From Tubiluchus corallicola (lineage: Eukaryota; Animalia; Priapulida), in contig JAQGDQ010000004.1 in assembly GCA_030141605.1 (NCBI GenBank), positions 1,612,001 to 1,676,000 of the forward strand: a DNA stretch of 64,000 bases, written 5' to 3'. Under the pieces are notes generated by a model. That model saw only the letters and a program-made list of their open reading frames with translations. It was not told the origin of the DNA and did not search any database. Both the position numbers and the translations under genes were made by a program. Each line of letters starts with the position of its first letter. Position 1 is the stretch's first letter. Below, one piece after another: positions 63,901-64,000 of the stretch.

Positions 63901-64000
63901 TACTGATGATGATTAGATTGGTGGTTATTAATGTTATACCAGAGCTTACTGCTGTGCCTTCCTCTAGTCTAGTAGTTCAAACGTTGCGACATTCTCTCTG

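Noticed and set aside
59256-64000. Candidate LMO4 LIM2 exons (e.g. after AG at 60541 or 61869)
   Set aside because: None encodes the expected LFG…C..C LIM2 pattern; the exon probably lies beyond the window.

Overview
AT-rich eukaryotic (metazoan, probably invertebrate) genomic DNA with spliceosomal genes, not a prokaryotic locus. Two protein-coding genes lie on the + strand. (1) A BCL6-corepressor (BCOR/BCORL1-family) gene, reconstructed from 10 phase-consistent coding exons (29817-41647, about 1850 codons, 5' end unresolved). It has a 3.7-kb disordered exon with a PLDLS CtBP motif, ankyrin repeats and a C-terminal PUFD-like domain. (2) The 5' part of an LMO4-like LIM-only gene: a promoter near 52.4-52.6 kb and three coding exons encoding LIM1, joined through a non-canonical GC-AG intron; LIM2 was not found in the window. 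The rest is intronic or intergenic, with many small non-autonomous DNA transposons (two hAT MITEs with perfect 8-bp TSDs, Kolobok-like, Harbinger-, Tc1/mariner- and Helentron-derived), decayed LINE, Gypsy and SINE fragments, degenerate tandem arrays and long (CT)/(GA) microsatellites. Nearly all other ORFs in the supplied track are spurious. I see no evidence of a wholly new biological system. The best leads are the GC-AG intron, candidate recursive splice sites upstream of BCOR, and short linear motifs in BCOR.
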